Shown: positions 36,501-46,698 of the stretch, in pieces
Position numbering within the stretch: position 1 is the stretch's first letter
How the letters are laid out: each line of letters begins with the position of its first letter
Notes under the pieces: generated by a model
Databases searched by the model: none
What the model saw: only the letters and a program-made list of their open reading frames with translations
What the model was told of the DNA's origin: nothing
Origin: an uncultured virus (IMG/VR IMGVR_UViG_3300040811_000464)
Taxonomy: Duplodnaviria; Heunggongvirae; Uroviricota; Caudoviricetes
DNA: 64,000 bases
IMG/VR virus record: IMGVR_UViG_3300040811_000464
Strand: one strand, 5' to 3'
Made by a program: the position numbers and the translations under genes

Positions 36501-36883
36501 TGAGAGCAAGAGAATTTATAACTGAAGATAATTCACCTGGCAAACTAACTAAACGTCAACGTTATGGTTCAAGAGGCATGCATAAGTTCCAAGATGTAGA
36601 CGGCAGAGATAGAGTCTACGAATTAAATCGTGTGATGATGGCTCTTGCACAAGCAGATGGAGAATCAGATCATCAAAAGATCGATTTAGACTCAGAAAGT
36701 TGGATAGGCACAAGTAATATGGCTGTGCCATACACTGAAATAGAAGCAAACATGTTAAAATCAGCATATAAAGCAGTAGGCTCTGAATGGGAAGATTTAA
36801 ACGACGGTGACTTGCGATCTTCAGAATTACCTTCAATTAATAAACAAAGTCCAGTAGAAGGTTTCAAGGGGTATGAAAGATAA
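36500..36883 (+). CDS. Hypothetical protein with capsid-targeting-like N-terminus
   Basis: Starts MRAREFITE. Confidence 0.6.
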   Translation: MRAREFITEDNSPGKLTKRQRYGSRGMHKFQDVDGRDRVYELNRVMMALAQADGESDHQKIDLDSESWIGTSNMAVPYTEIEANMLKSAYKAVGSEWEDLNDGDLRSSELPSINKQSPVEGFKGYER

Positions 36884-37254
36884 TGTTAAAACAAATAGCA
36901 AAAGACTTTTTTATTAAATGGCAACAAGCATGTTATGTTTGTTTCCCGATGATGGTGCAGGGCGATCTATTTGCCCTTACATTTGATCATTGGATTAAAG
37001 CAAATAAAACAGGAATCATTGCAGGTCTTGGTGCAGTATTATTAGGATATACTTTCCTAAAAAACTACAAAGACAAGAAGTGGTTTCATGGTGTAACTAT
37101 TGCATCTGCTTGTTTTGTTGGTGATCTGTTAGTACATCCATCACATTTTGCAGGTGCATATGGTGAAGCGGCTTTAACTGCGGTTGCATCAGGATTACTT
37201 GCAACTTATTTTGTTTACAAGCCACTAATGAGTAAAAATAATGGCAGCCGTTAA
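36883..37254 (+). CDS. Membrane protein
   Basis: Several hydrophobic segments. Confidence 0.6.
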   Translation: MLKQIAKDFFIKWQQACYVCFPMMVQGDLFALTFDHWIKANKTGIIAGLGAVLLGYTFLKNYKDKKWFHGVTIASACFVGDLLVHPSHFAGAYGEAALTAVASGLLATYFVYKPLMSKNNGSR

Positions 37255-38167
37255 TGTTCCAGTTAAAGGCTTAACAGGTTTAATCAACGTATTATCATTA
37301 GATACTGCTAATACTATTGCTCAAGTAGCAACTGCGGCCTCTACAGCAGAAGGCTTAACTTCTAGTTACTATGAAGTCATGTCTTTAGAACGTGACCCAG
37401 ACAACAATTCCGTTGATACACCAACTACTACATTAGCAACTTTGAACTTTGATGAAAATAGTGATGTGTTTTTCTTTAAGCCACTACAAGCAGGTCAAAC
37501 TAAAGAATATCTACAAGAGCAACGAACAAATATTGCACAATTAAAAAGAAAGGGCGGTCCATCTGGTAATGTTAATTTACCTTGTTACCGTTCTTGGAAC
37601 TCATTAGATTTAAGTTTGTTGCCTGCAACATATGTAGGTAATGTATCAACACCCAATTCACATCCAGCTGGGTTAGTAGAGGGTAGACCATGGGGCGAGT
37701 ATGATATCAACTTGTTTAGATATACATATTCAGGATACTTTGCAGACGATCCAGACTGGTTTGCTGGTCAAACAGCAACAGCATCTACAGATGACGGCAC
37801 ACTAGCAGTTAATCCATTGGCAATTACTACAAGTTATCAGTGGATAGGGTACTTTGTACCTACAACAACTGAATCATATACATTCTATACAACTAGTGAT
37901 GACGCAAGTTTCTTATGGATAGGTCCTAATGCAGTAACAGGCTTTACAACGGCTAATGCATTAGTCGATAATCAAGGCGAACACCCGCCGCAAGAGCGAT
38001 CAGGATCAATTGCATTAACAGCAGGCCAATACTATCCTATCAGAATACAAGCAGGAAACAACTTATCCGGTGGAGAAATGAGTACGCAATTTTCTACACC
38101 AACTATTGCTAAGACATCAACATTTACAGGGTATCTATTCTATGAACCAGATACCGGAGGATTTTAA
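37241..38167 (+). CDS. PA14/GLEYA carbohydrate-binding domain protein
   Basis: WIGYF.P...YTF...SDDAS.LWIG and L.AGQYYPIRI motifs. Confidence 0.75.
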   Translation: MAAVNVPVKGLTGLINVLSLDTANTIAQVATAASTAEGLTSSYYEVMSLERDPDNNSVDTPTTTLATLNFDENSDVFFFKPLQAGQTKEYLQEQRTNIAQLKRKGGPSGNVNLPCYRSWNSLDLSLLPATYVGNVSTPNSHPAGLVEGRPWGEYDINLFRYTYSGYFADDPDWFAGQTATASTDDGTLAVNPLAITTSYQWIGYFVPTTTESYTFYTTSDDASFLWIGPNAVTGFTTANALVDNQGEHPPQERSGSIALTAGQYYPIRIQAGNNLSGGEMSTQFSTPTIAKTSTFTGYLFYEPDTGGF

Positions 38168-38170
38168 TAG

Positions 38171-39745
38171 ATGACTGAACCATCATCAGCAAACGTAAAA
38201 CCTTGGTATTTACGTAACATAACAGAAGCACTAGCACTCGACAGTGTTAGCGGCAACGTATACCTACGCACAGATGCAAACGTAAGCATAGGTAATGCTA
38301 ATATCACAGTAGGCAATGTTGGTATCACAAGTTTTGGCAACGTAGACATATCAGGAAACACACTTCCTGTCATTGTAGATTCGGGTAATGTCACAGTAAG
38401 TGGTTCTGTAGATGCCAACATCACAAATGCTAATATTGAAGTCACACAAGGCACAGATCCTTGGGTAGTGTCTGGTAATGTTGGTATCAGTGGTACTGCC
38501 AATGTTATATTAGCAGACGATGCCAGCGTAGTCATCTCGGCATTTAGCGGCGCAGTAGCAGACGCATTTGGACGATTGAGAGTAAGCGAACCTTACACAC
38601 TATTTGATACACAATCCCGATATTTTGATCATGGACAGTTCGCAGGCAACACATCAGGCACGGCCAATGTAGTATATGTTGCTAACCAAAGTAGTTATCA
38701 ACTCAATGTAGGTAGTGCCTCAGGTGACAGCGTGTTGCGTGAAACACTCAAACCATTCCCTTATCAGCCTGGCAAGAGCCAACTCACATTGAACACATTC
38801 TGTATGAACACACCCGAGCCTAACTTGCGTCAGCGTGTAGGCTTGTTTGATAGTAATGACGGTGTGTTCTTTGAGAACGATGGTACATATAACTATATGG
38901 TCATTCGTTCAGGATCATATGGTTCGGAAGAAAGAGTCAGACAAGATGCGTGGAACGTTGACACATTAGATGGACTGGGTGGTGCATCTAATCCTTCAGG
39001 TATCACATTATATCCAGATCGCACACAGATCATGTTTGCCGATGTTGAGTGGTTAGGTGTAGGTAGTGTTCGTGTAGGATTTGTGATAAATGGTGCTTAT
39101 ATTATTTGTCATCAGTTCAATCATGCTAACCAAGTTGGCAATACAAAAGTTTACATGACTACAGCAACATTGCCTATCAGATATGAAATCACTAACACTG
39201 GTACAACTACTGGCAATAGCATGATGACACAGATTTGTAGTTCTGTCATCAGTGAAGGTGGTTTTCAGTTATCAGGATCAGGCAATCCTAGAGCAGCCTC
39301 ACATGTGATAGGCACTCCTGTTAGATTACCTAACGATGACAGTTTCTTACCTGTACTTTCTATAAGATTGAAAAGCACTAATCTAAACGCCGTTGTCATA
39401 CCTATAAACTATTCGATAGTTCCCGTGTCAGGAAGTTTGTTCCAATATCGTATCTATAAAAAAGCAGTCACAAGCGGTGGTAGTTGGGTAAGTTCAGCGA
39501 CAGATAGTTCAGTAGAATATAATCTAGCGCCTACAGCATTGGTTAGCGGTAGCATCGCAGAACAAACGTTTTTGAATAGCACTAATCAAAGTACAGGCGC
39601 GCCCACGCAAGAAGCATTCACTTTTGAATATCAACTTGAGAGAGATCCGTTCACAGGCGTAGCATATGAATATACTATAATGATGGCTACAACTGGTACT
39701 AACCAAGATATCTACGCAAGTATTGAGTGGCAAGAAATCACATAA
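38171..39745 (+). CDS. Putative virion structural protein
   Basis: GNV/ANI-rich beta repeats; DAFGRLRVS, YQPGKS and WLGVG motifs. Confidence 0.55.
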   Translation: MTEPSSANVKPWYLRNITEALALDSVSGNVYLRTDANVSIGNANITVGNVGITSFGNVDISGNTLPVIVDSGNVTVSGSVDANITNANIEVTQGTDPWVVSGNVGISGTANVILADDASVVISAFSGAVADAFGRLRVSEPYTLFDTQSRYFDHGQFAGNTSGTANVVYVANQSSYQLNVGSASGDSVLRETLKPFPYQPGKSQLTLNTFCMNTPEPNLRQRVGLFDSNDGVFFENDGTYNYMVIRSGSYGSEERVRQDAWNVDTLDGLGGASNPSGITLYPDRTQIMFADVEWLGVGSVRVGFVINGAYIICHQFNHANQVGNTKVYMTTATLPIRYEITNTGTTTGNSMMTQICSSVISEGGFQLSGSGNPRAASHVIGTPVRLPNDDSFLPVLSIRLKSTNLNAVVIPINYSIVPVSGSLFQYRIYKKAVTSGGSWVSSATDSSVEYNLAPTALVSGSIAEQTFLNSTNQSTGAPTQEAFTFEYQLERDPFTGVAYEYTIMMATTGTNQDIYASIEWQEIT

Positions 39746-39810
39746 AATAAATTATCTCCGGTCTAAACTCCAATAAATATCTACAACGCACTAACTTAGA
39801 GGAGCAATGA

Positions 39811-40518
39811 ATGGAAATCCCATATGATATTAATAACACACTTGACTTAATCAAGTTAAAATTTTACAACGAGTGGCTATATACTGCTCACATTTACGAT
39901 GAAGGGGACAGCCCATTTCATAAAGACCTAACAAAACAAGTAGTTGAAACATACGTTGATCCACTAGCACTACCTAAAGATTCTAAAATTTTAGACTTGG
40001 GCTGTGGCCCGGGATATTTCTTAGATGAAATGAAAGAAAGAGGGTTTGAAGATGTGTTAGGTGTCACATTGTCTCCTGGAGATATTAAAATCTGTAAAGA
40101 TAAAGGACATGAAACTGCAGGATATGATCTGTCATTTTTGCCTCAGAAAGATGGTTACCATGATGAAAGTGTTGATTTTATCTTTTTACGACATGCTTTA
40201 GAACATTCTCCTTATCCTATTTTTAGTTTGATGGAATACAATCGTATTCTAAAACAAGGATCAAGGATCTATATTGAAGTACCTGCACCAGATTGTGATA
40301 GAAGACATGAGTTTAATTTAAATCATTACAGTATATTTGGACATTCACAACTAGCGGCATTATTACAACGTACAGGTTTTGAAATCGAACAATTTAATAA
40401 TTTAGAATTTGACTTAGAACAACAAAATCCAAATGATCCAGAAGGCGAACCATTAAAAATGAGAGAGCATTATTACTGTATCGTAGCAAGGAAAGCAAAA
40501 GGTCTTGATATCAAATAA
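39811..40518 (+). CDS. Class I SAM-dependent methyltransferase
   Basis: ILDLGCGPG and RHALEH motifs. Confidence 0.85.
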   Translation: MEIPYDINNTLDLIKLKFYNEWLYTAHIYDEGDSPFHKDLTKQVVETYVDPLALPKDSKILDLGCGPGYFLDEMKERGFEDVLGVTLSPGDIKICKDKGHETAGYDLSFLPQKDGYHDESVDFIFLRHALEHSPYPIFSLMEYNRILKQGSRIYIEVPAPDCDRRHEFNLNHYSIFGHSQLAALLQRTGFEIEQFNNLEFDLEQQNPNDPEGEPLKMREHYYCIVARKAKGLDIK

Positions 40519-40717
40519 GTTTACTTTTGTAAAATATACACTGACATGGATTAGTCAGCAATTGGCTATTCCATTTTGGGCAGTAGGACATTTACATCTT
40601 AGTCTTAAGATGGATGTCTATGAAGATATTCATATGATTATAGCATCATTGGGAATGAATATTTTAGTTGCTATTGGTTTCTTTTTAGATTACCAAGACT
40701 ACAAAAAATCACATTAA
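40505..40717 (+). CDS. Small membrane protein
   Basis: 70 aa with two hydrophobic stretches; TTG start. Confidence 0.5.
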   Translation: MISNKFTFVKYTLTWISQQLAIPFWAVGHLHLSLKMDVYEDIHMIIASLGMNILVAIGFFLDYQDYKKSH

Positions 40718-41428
40718 ATGCGTTTAATTGCATTCGGTTGTAGTTATACTCAGGGTATCGGATTAGACGGTCTTACTCACGCAGAACATGAGTACTATCA
40801 ATCTCCTCAAGATGCTATTCTTAATATTAAACCTGCAAGTGAACATGCATGGCCCCAAATGTTAGCCGACAAGTTAAATTTAGAATGTGTAAATTTAGGC
40901 AGGGGAGGATCATCTACAAAATTTGTATATCAGATGATTAAAGAATTTCAATTTCAAAGTGATGATACTGTAATTATTCAGTGGCCCTCAGCCGATCGGA
41001 GAGTTGTTTGGGCCGAAGAATCTACAAAAAGCACTACTCCTTATAATCCTAAAGTACATTTAGAATTTTCACCATATGAGTCTTTTGCTGAAGATTATTA
41101 CAGAAAATTTCACACAGATTTTGATAGTTTATGGCATTTAGGTTTATTAGTTGAAGGTGCTCATAATTATTTAAAAGATATTACTAAAGTAGTTTACTCT
41201 GTCACTGATGATGGCGCCTTTCGTAACAATGAATTACTACCTAAATTTTTTCCTATAATAAAAAAAGTAAAACCCTTTTTTAAAGAACAAGCAGAAGATT
41301 TAAGTGCATCTGCATCTCAAATACTTTTAAACGAAAATCAATTAGTAAGATGCAACGACGGGCATCCTGGTAGACAATATCACATAGATTTTTCAGAAGA
41401 TATGTTTAAGGAACTAAAACTCAACTAA
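40718..41428 (+). CDS. SGNH/GDSL hydrolase-fold protein
   Basis: AFGCSYT, NLGRGG and DGHPG motifs. Confidence 0.65.
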   Translation: MRLIAFGCSYTQGIGLDGLTHAEHEYYQSPQDAILNIKPASEHAWPQMLADKLNLECVNLGRGGSSTKFVYQMIKEFQFQSDDTVIIQWPSADRRVVWAEESTKSTTPYNPKVHLEFSPYESFAEDYYRKFHTDFDSLWHLGLLVEGAHNYLKDITKVVYSVTDDGAFRNNELLPKFFPIIKKVKPFFKEQAEDLSASASQILLNENQLVRCNDGHPGRQYHIDFSEDMFKELKLN

Positions 41429-41436
41429 ATACTAGT

Positions 41437-42999
41437 ATGAGCAACTTTAACGCAAGTGGTACGGGCGAATTAGTCAAACCAGCATATAAGAAAACAGCAT
41501 TTAAAAATCAAAAAGAAATTGATGATTTTGTAAAGTGTTGTGATCCTGATACTGGTTATCTATACTTTATGGATAACTTCTTTTATATTCAGCACCCAAC
41601 ACAAGGTTCAATTCAATATCATCCTTATGAATACCAAGAACGTTTAATCGACACATATCACAACTATAGATACTCTATTGCATTGATGCCTAGACAGTCT
41701 GGTAAGTCTACGTCAGCCGCAGGTTACTTGCTATGGTATGCTATGTTTGTACCTGATGCTACTATTCTAATCGCCGCACATAAGTACACAGGTTCACAAG
41801 AGATTATGCAACGTATCAGATATGCATATGAAAACTGTCCTACACACATTAAAGCAGGTGTTGTTACATACAACAAAGGATCGTTAGACTTTGAGAATGG
41901 CTCTCGTATTGTATCAGCAACAACTACAGAGAATACGGGTCGTGGTATGTCGATCACACTCTTGTATCTGGATGAGTTTGCATTCGTAAGACCTACAATT
42001 GCTGAACAGTTTTGGACTTCTATTACACCAACACTAGCAACAGGCGGTAAAGCAATCATCACATCTACTCCGAACTCTGATGAAGATCAGTTTGCATTGA
42101 TTTGGAAACAAGCCAATAAGAATATAGATGCTAACGGAGAAGAGACAGAATTAGGTATTAATGGATTCAAACCTTTTAGATCATATTGGAATGAACAACC
42201 CGGACGTGATGATAAGTGGGCAGAAGAAATAAAAGCACAATTAGGAGACGACAGATTTGCACGTGAAATCGGTTGCGAATTCTTAATAGCAGATGAAACA
42301 TTAATCAATCCTAATACATTAATCATGTTAGAATCAGTAGAACCTACAAATAGAATGGGTCAAGTCAGATGGTTTCAAAAACCCAAGAAAGGCATGGTCT
42401 ATTGTGTAGGATTAGATCCGTCATTGGGTACAGGTGGAGATCCAGCCGCAATACAAATCTTTGAAGCAAACACTACTACACAGATAGGTGAATGGAAAGA
42501 TAACAAAACAGATATTCCTCAACAAATTAAGTTATTGGGACAAATTACACAATACATCGCAGATGAAACTGGAGAACCTAATAACATTTACTACTCACTT
42601 GAAAACAATTCAATAGGAGAAGCCGCATTAATCTCACTAGCAGAATATGGTGAATCAAATATTCAAGGTATATTCTTAAGTGAGAAAGGTAAAAAACGTA
42701 GAGGATACAATACAACACACAAAGTCAAACTTGCCGCTTGTGCTAAATTCAAAACATTGATGGAAAGTAAAAAAATGAATGTAAAAAGTAAAGCATTGAT
42801 TAGTGAGTTAAAGACTTTTGTTGCATCAGGTGGTAGTTATCAAGCAAAAATCGGAGATAATGATGACTTAGTAATGGCTACCCTGCTCGTAGTACGTATT
42901 TTACAAGACATTACAGACTTTCACAGTGACTTAACAGAACATATGCGAGACCATGATGAAATGGTTGCACCCTTGCCGTTCTTTGCTGTGATTAACTAA
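41437..42999 (+). CDS. terL: Terminase large subunit (T4 gp17-like)
   Basis: PRQSGKST Walker A, LDEFAF Walker B, ITSTPN, nuclease GLDPS and DDLVMA motifs. Confidence 0.95.
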   Translation: MSNFNASGTGELVKPAYKKTAFKNQKEIDDFVKCCDPDTGYLYFMDNFFYIQHPTQGSIQYHPYEYQERLIDTYHNYRYSIALMPRQSGKSTSAAGYLLWYAMFVPDATILIAAHKYTGSQEIMQRIRYAYENCPTHIKAGVVTYNKGSLDFENGSRIVSATTTENTGRGMSITLLYLDEFAFVRPTIAEQFWTSITPTLATGGKAIITSTPNSDEDQFALIWKQANKNIDANGEETELGINGFKPFRSYWNEQPGRDDKWAEEIKAQLGDDRFAREIGCEFLIADETLINPNTLIMLESVEPTNRMGQVRWFQKPKKGMVYCVGLDPSLGTGGDPAAIQIFEANTTTQIGEWKDNKTDIPQQIKLLGQITQYIADETGEPNNIYYSLENNSIGEAALISLAEYGESNIQGIFLSEKGKKRRGYNTTHKVKLAACAKFKTLMESKKMNVKSKALISELKTFVASGGSYQAKIGDNDDLVMATLLVVRILQDITDFHSDLTEHMRDHDEMVAPLPFFAVIN

Positions 43000-43016
43000 A
43001 AGAGATAAATAATAGT

Positions 43017-45692
43017 ATGGCAATTGATCAGGAATCCTTCAACAAACGACTCTACGATATTTTAAAAACTCGTGGATACAAACCAGCACCTAAAGACTCA
43101 AAAAACGAAAGAACAAATCCAGAAATAGCAGATGTTTTTGAGTTTCAATTTATTAAAGACGGTGAAAATTATGGTAAGGCATGGGCAACCATTGACAAAA
43201 CATCATCATTAAATATTTATTATGACGATAATCAAGCAGGTAGTCCCCCAGGACAAACAAAAGGCATAGATTATGATGATTCTTGGTCTGGATTACTAAA
43301 ACATTTAAAGCAATGGGCATTATCAAAACAACTAAACTTTGGCTTACATGACAGTGATCGTTTAGGTGACGATATGCGTCAAAGGGATTACTATAAAATG
43401 AAAGAAAAAATGACAGAAGGATATCATCCTGTTAATAAAACAACATCATATAATGACAACATACCAAACGTAAAAGTTGTAATTCAACATGATAGACAAA
43501 TCGGCGAAGGCGAGCAACGTTGGAGAAACGTCCACAAGATTTTTGTTGAAAATACTCAAGGCGAACGTTTTGCAGTCCCAACTAAAATGCCAGGTATTGC
43601 ACGTGTATATGGTAGACACGTAGCAGAAGGTGGAACTCCATATGATGAAAGAGGTAAGCACATTACTCAATTAGTCGAAGAATATACTAAGATGGCCGGC
43701 TTTGTCCGTGCCACACGCCGAGGAGAATTCAATGAATCTGTTGCACAACTTATAGCAGAAGGTGTCAAACATCACAGATCATTAAAAGAAACACTGCAAA
43801 AGATGCAAAGTCATAGAGGATACAATCATTATTTTGAGTCATGGACTCCTGCTCTTATGGAAGATGATGCCGATCATTCAAGCATTGCAGAAATGTTTTC
43901 GCATGAAACAATTGATCCTAGAATCGAAAGTGTTTTGCCTATCTTAAACAAACTTAATAGTAGCATCATTAATGAAATCGAAGAAGTCAACGAGTTAGAT
44001 CAATGGGCAAAGTCTATTACTGAAATGGAACAGATAGACGAAGAAAAAAGAGATACACATTGCTCAGATAAGTGCTGTGGCTCAGATGTAAAAGCAGAGG
44101 ACTGCACATGTTCACCAGATTGTCCACATTGTAACTGTAATGCAAAATTAGATGAAAGCGGTCTACAAAGATACACAGGTATTAAAAAGTACGGCAAAAA
44201 AGGTTTTGAAGAATTACAAAAAGCAGGCCGTGAAGGTGCAAGTGAAGAAGAAAAAGGTAAAATCAAAGACAAATATCTAACAAAAGAAGAAAGTGAAAAG
44301 CCAGGTGGAATGGGTACCGAAGATGATGATTTAAGAGATGAAGAATCAGGTAAAAACCATGACCCCAAAACAGGTAAAAGAATCAAACCTCATCCGTTCG
44401 ATCCAGGCGATGATCATTTAAACGAAGGTAAATATAATCAATTAGTAGTAGATGCTTTAGAAATGAGTGAAAAAGAATTTGGTGAAAAGCATCCTGCTGT
44501 AGCACATAGATATAATGATATTATAGCCGCATTTAGTAAAGAAGACTTAAAAGATAAACTAGAAAAACCTGTGCAACCTGAATTAGATTTATCTGAGAAT
44601 ACTGATTTCAGAACTTTAGTTAATTTAGACGTACAGAAAATACAACAAGCCTCTTCAAATGCAAAAGCATATGAAGAAGTAATCAAACAAAGAATTAGGG
44701 ATCTTAAATTACGAATACCAAAAGAAAGTGATCCGGTAAAACGTAAAGAAATATCATCGCAAATCAGAGAATACGAAAAGTACAAAAATCAATATGATTT
44801 TACTAAAGCCAGTTTAGCAAAAAATGCAAAAGATGCCTCAAGAATTGAAGCAGATAGAATATTAAACAAGAAACCTGATCCATATACAAGACCATCAGAT
44901 AAAGTAACTATCGGTACTGCTTTAGCAGGACTGTTAGGTGAAGAGTCAGTTATCGATGAAAAAGATTTTTCAGAAAAAGAAATTAAAATGGCATATGGCA
45001 TTTTAAATGATCCTAGATATAAAGGTGGAAATCAAACTGGAGCAATTAAAGCAATCGAAGGTATTAAAGCAGGACTATCTGAGCATCCAGGAGTTAAAAG
45101 AGCAATCTATAAAACACAAAATGAGCCTGATAATTTAGAAGAAGCAAATGCGCCGATTGAAAAAATTAAAAGTCCAATGACAGGGAAAGAAATCAAATAC
45201 ACAATATTAAATGGAGATGTATTTAACGAATATGGTGGCCCACTTGGATTTGATGATTATTTTGATATTATGGTCGCACATAATTATCCTGCAGAAGGCC
45301 CTACAATTACTCAAATGTATTCTGATTATAAAGATCAACACGGAAGTATACCGACTAGAGGTTACAACCCAGGTCATTCAATGAAAGAAGAAGAAATGGA
45401 TGAAGGTTTAGATGCTAATCAAAAACGTGCAGGGCAATTAGGACCTGTAGGTGGTCCTGCAAAAGTAGGTGATTTAGTTGGATCTGAAAGTAAACACGCA
45501 GATGATGAAATGTCTATTCATCAAATGTCTGATGAAGATTTAGCAGATTATCTTAATGTAGATGTTAAAGATGTTAAAGCAGATAGAGACCACGCAGAAG
45601 AAGTTGCAAACGACAAATCACGTGATCATGCGCCTGACAATATGTTAGAAGATATCTTACGTTTAAGTGGATATAGTAAATACGAGAAATAA
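43017..45692 (+). CDS. Large late hypothetical protein with mosaic C-terminus, possible head protein
   Basis: 891 aa; TAAATA-N5-ATG; Cys-rich insert; acidic modules. Confidence 0.65.
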   Translation: MAIDQESFNKRLYDILKTRGYKPAPKDSKNERTNPEIADVFEFQFIKDGENYGKAWATIDKTSSLNIYYDDNQAGSPPGQTKGIDYDDSWSGLLKHLKQWALSKQLNFGLHDSDRLGDDMRQRDYYKMKEKMTEGYHPVNKTTSYNDNIPNVKVVIQHDRQIGEGEQRWRNVHKIFVENTQGERFAVPTKMPGIARVYGRHVAEGGTPYDERGKHITQLVEEYTKMAGFVRATRRGEFNESVAQLIAEGVKHHRSLKETLQKMQSHRGYNHYFESWTPALMEDDADHSSIAEMFSHETIDPRIESVLPILNKLNSSIINEIEEVNELDQWAKSITEMEQIDEEKRDTHCSDKCCGSDVKAEDCTCSPDCPHCNCNAKLDESGLQRYTGIKKYGKKGFEELQKAGREGASEEEKGKIKDKYLTKEESEKPGGMGTEDDDLRDEESGKNHDPKTGKRIKPHPFDPGDDHLNEGKYNQLVVDALEMSEKEFGEKHPAVAHRYNDIIAAFSKEDLKDKLEKPVQPELDLSENTDFRTLVNLDVQKIQQASSNAKAYEEVIKQRIRDLKLRIPKESDPVKRKEISSQIREYEKYKNQYDFTKASLAKNAKDASRIEADRILNKKPDPYTRPSDKVTIGTALAGLLGEESVIDEKDFSEKEIKMAYGILNDPRYKGGNQTGAIKAIEGIKAGLSEHPGVKRAIYKTQNEPDNLEEANAPIEKIKSPMTGKEIKYTILNGDVFNEYGGPLGFDDYFDIMVAHNYPAEGPTITQMYSDYKDQHGSIPTRGYNPGHSMKEEEMDEGLDANQKRAGQLGPVGGPAKVGDLVGSESKHADDEMSIHQMSDEDLADYLNVDVKDVKADRDHAEEVANDKSRDHAPDNMLEDILRLSGYSKYEK

Positions 45693-45698
45693 TGATAA

Positions 45699-45848
45699 GT
45701 GGAAGCAATTTTCATAGGAATACTGATGATGCTACCGATGATCTGTGGTGGTTTTACCTTTGTAGTAAGTCAACAAGCAGTAGAGGGTAAATTCAATGGC
45801 AGACAAGAAAAAGAAACAGTCAAAGATTTATCTGATACCCGAAGGTGA
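45699..45848 (+). CDS. Possible small membrane protein, 49 aa
   Basis: GTG start and hydrophobic N-half; overlaps the bL33 gene by ~50 nt. Confidence 0.3.
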   Translation: MEAIFIGILMMLPMICGGFTFVVSQQAVEGKFNGRQEKETVKDLSDTRR

Positions 45849-45999
45849 AACTAGAGATCACCATACATATCATTACACCGCTATTAAAACAAAAAATTTA
45901 ACTATAAGTAATACTAAGTTGAAACTTAAAAAGTACAACCCGGTTAAAAGAAAACATGAGTGGTTCGTAGAAGCAAAACTACCCCCTCATTCTAAGTAA
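45796..45999 (+). CDS. rpmG: 50S ribosomal protein L33 (bL33), Cys-free type
   Basis: KIYL...Y...K...KLKLKKYNPVKRKHEWFVEAK matches the bL33 pattern KL.LKK(F/Y)(D/N)P..R.H..(F/Y).E.K; GAGG SD. Confidence 0.85.
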   Translation: MADKKKKQSKIYLIPEGETRDHHTYHYTAIKTKNLTISNTKLKLKKYNPVKRKHEWFVEAKLPPHSK

Positions 46000-46008
46000 G
46001 GTTATATA

Positions 46009-46698
46009 ATGAGATTTACAGAGTTCTTTACTGAAGAAAACGATCTGGAGAAAAAGAGAACAGTTCCTCCATTGGACATCAAGTCCAGAGATGTCGTATC
46101 AAAAGATGACACTGAAGATGCTATCGCAAATGTAGATACAAGTCAGATACAAGGCATGGATGATCGTATGGCACAACTTGCTCAGAACAAAGACTTAATC
46201 TATCAATACACTGATGATGAAATGACTGATCTTATTCCTGTTGATGATGAAGAAGAGGAAGAAGGTGTAGGCGTAACAATCGAAGAACCAAACACACTAC
46301 CACAAGAAATTAGACAAGACTTAAGAACACATGGTGACGTAACAGCAAGGTTTCATTCTGTAGAGAATCTACCTGGTTACTTAGATGATGCTATTCGTAT
46401 GATGGGTCAAAAAGTATTTGCATCTCTAACAGCAACTCCAATCGATGAAATCAATGTACTTGTTAATTTAGGAGATCAAGGACCAAACGAGCAACGAGAA
46501 CTAAATGCTGTTGCTGGAATGGTTGATACTTATGGAGAAAGAAGAGGAGACTATGAAATGAAATTCGATAGAATCCTCCCCGGATATGAAGCAGATATTC
46601 GTGTCTATGAGTACAAAGATCAGATATTCTGCTTAGTAAAAGATTTTGCAGGCTCTTACATTTATAGTTGGCCAGCAGAGAATAAAAAACTTAATTAA
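46009..46698 (+). CDS. Hypothetical protein with capsid-targeting-like N-terminus
   Basis: Starts MRFTEFFTEE; acidic. Confidence 0.6.
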   Translation: MRFTEFFTEENDLEKKRTVPPLDIKSRDVVSKDDTEDAIANVDTSQIQGMDDRMAQLAQNKDLIYQYTDDEMTDLIPVDDEEEEEGVGVTIEEPNTLPQEIRQDLRTHGDVTARFHSVENLPGYLDDAIRMMGQKVFASLTATPIDEINVLVNLGDQGPNEQRELNAVAGMVDTYGERRGDYEMKFDRILPGYEADIRVYEYKDQIFCLVKDFAGSYIYSWPAENKKLN

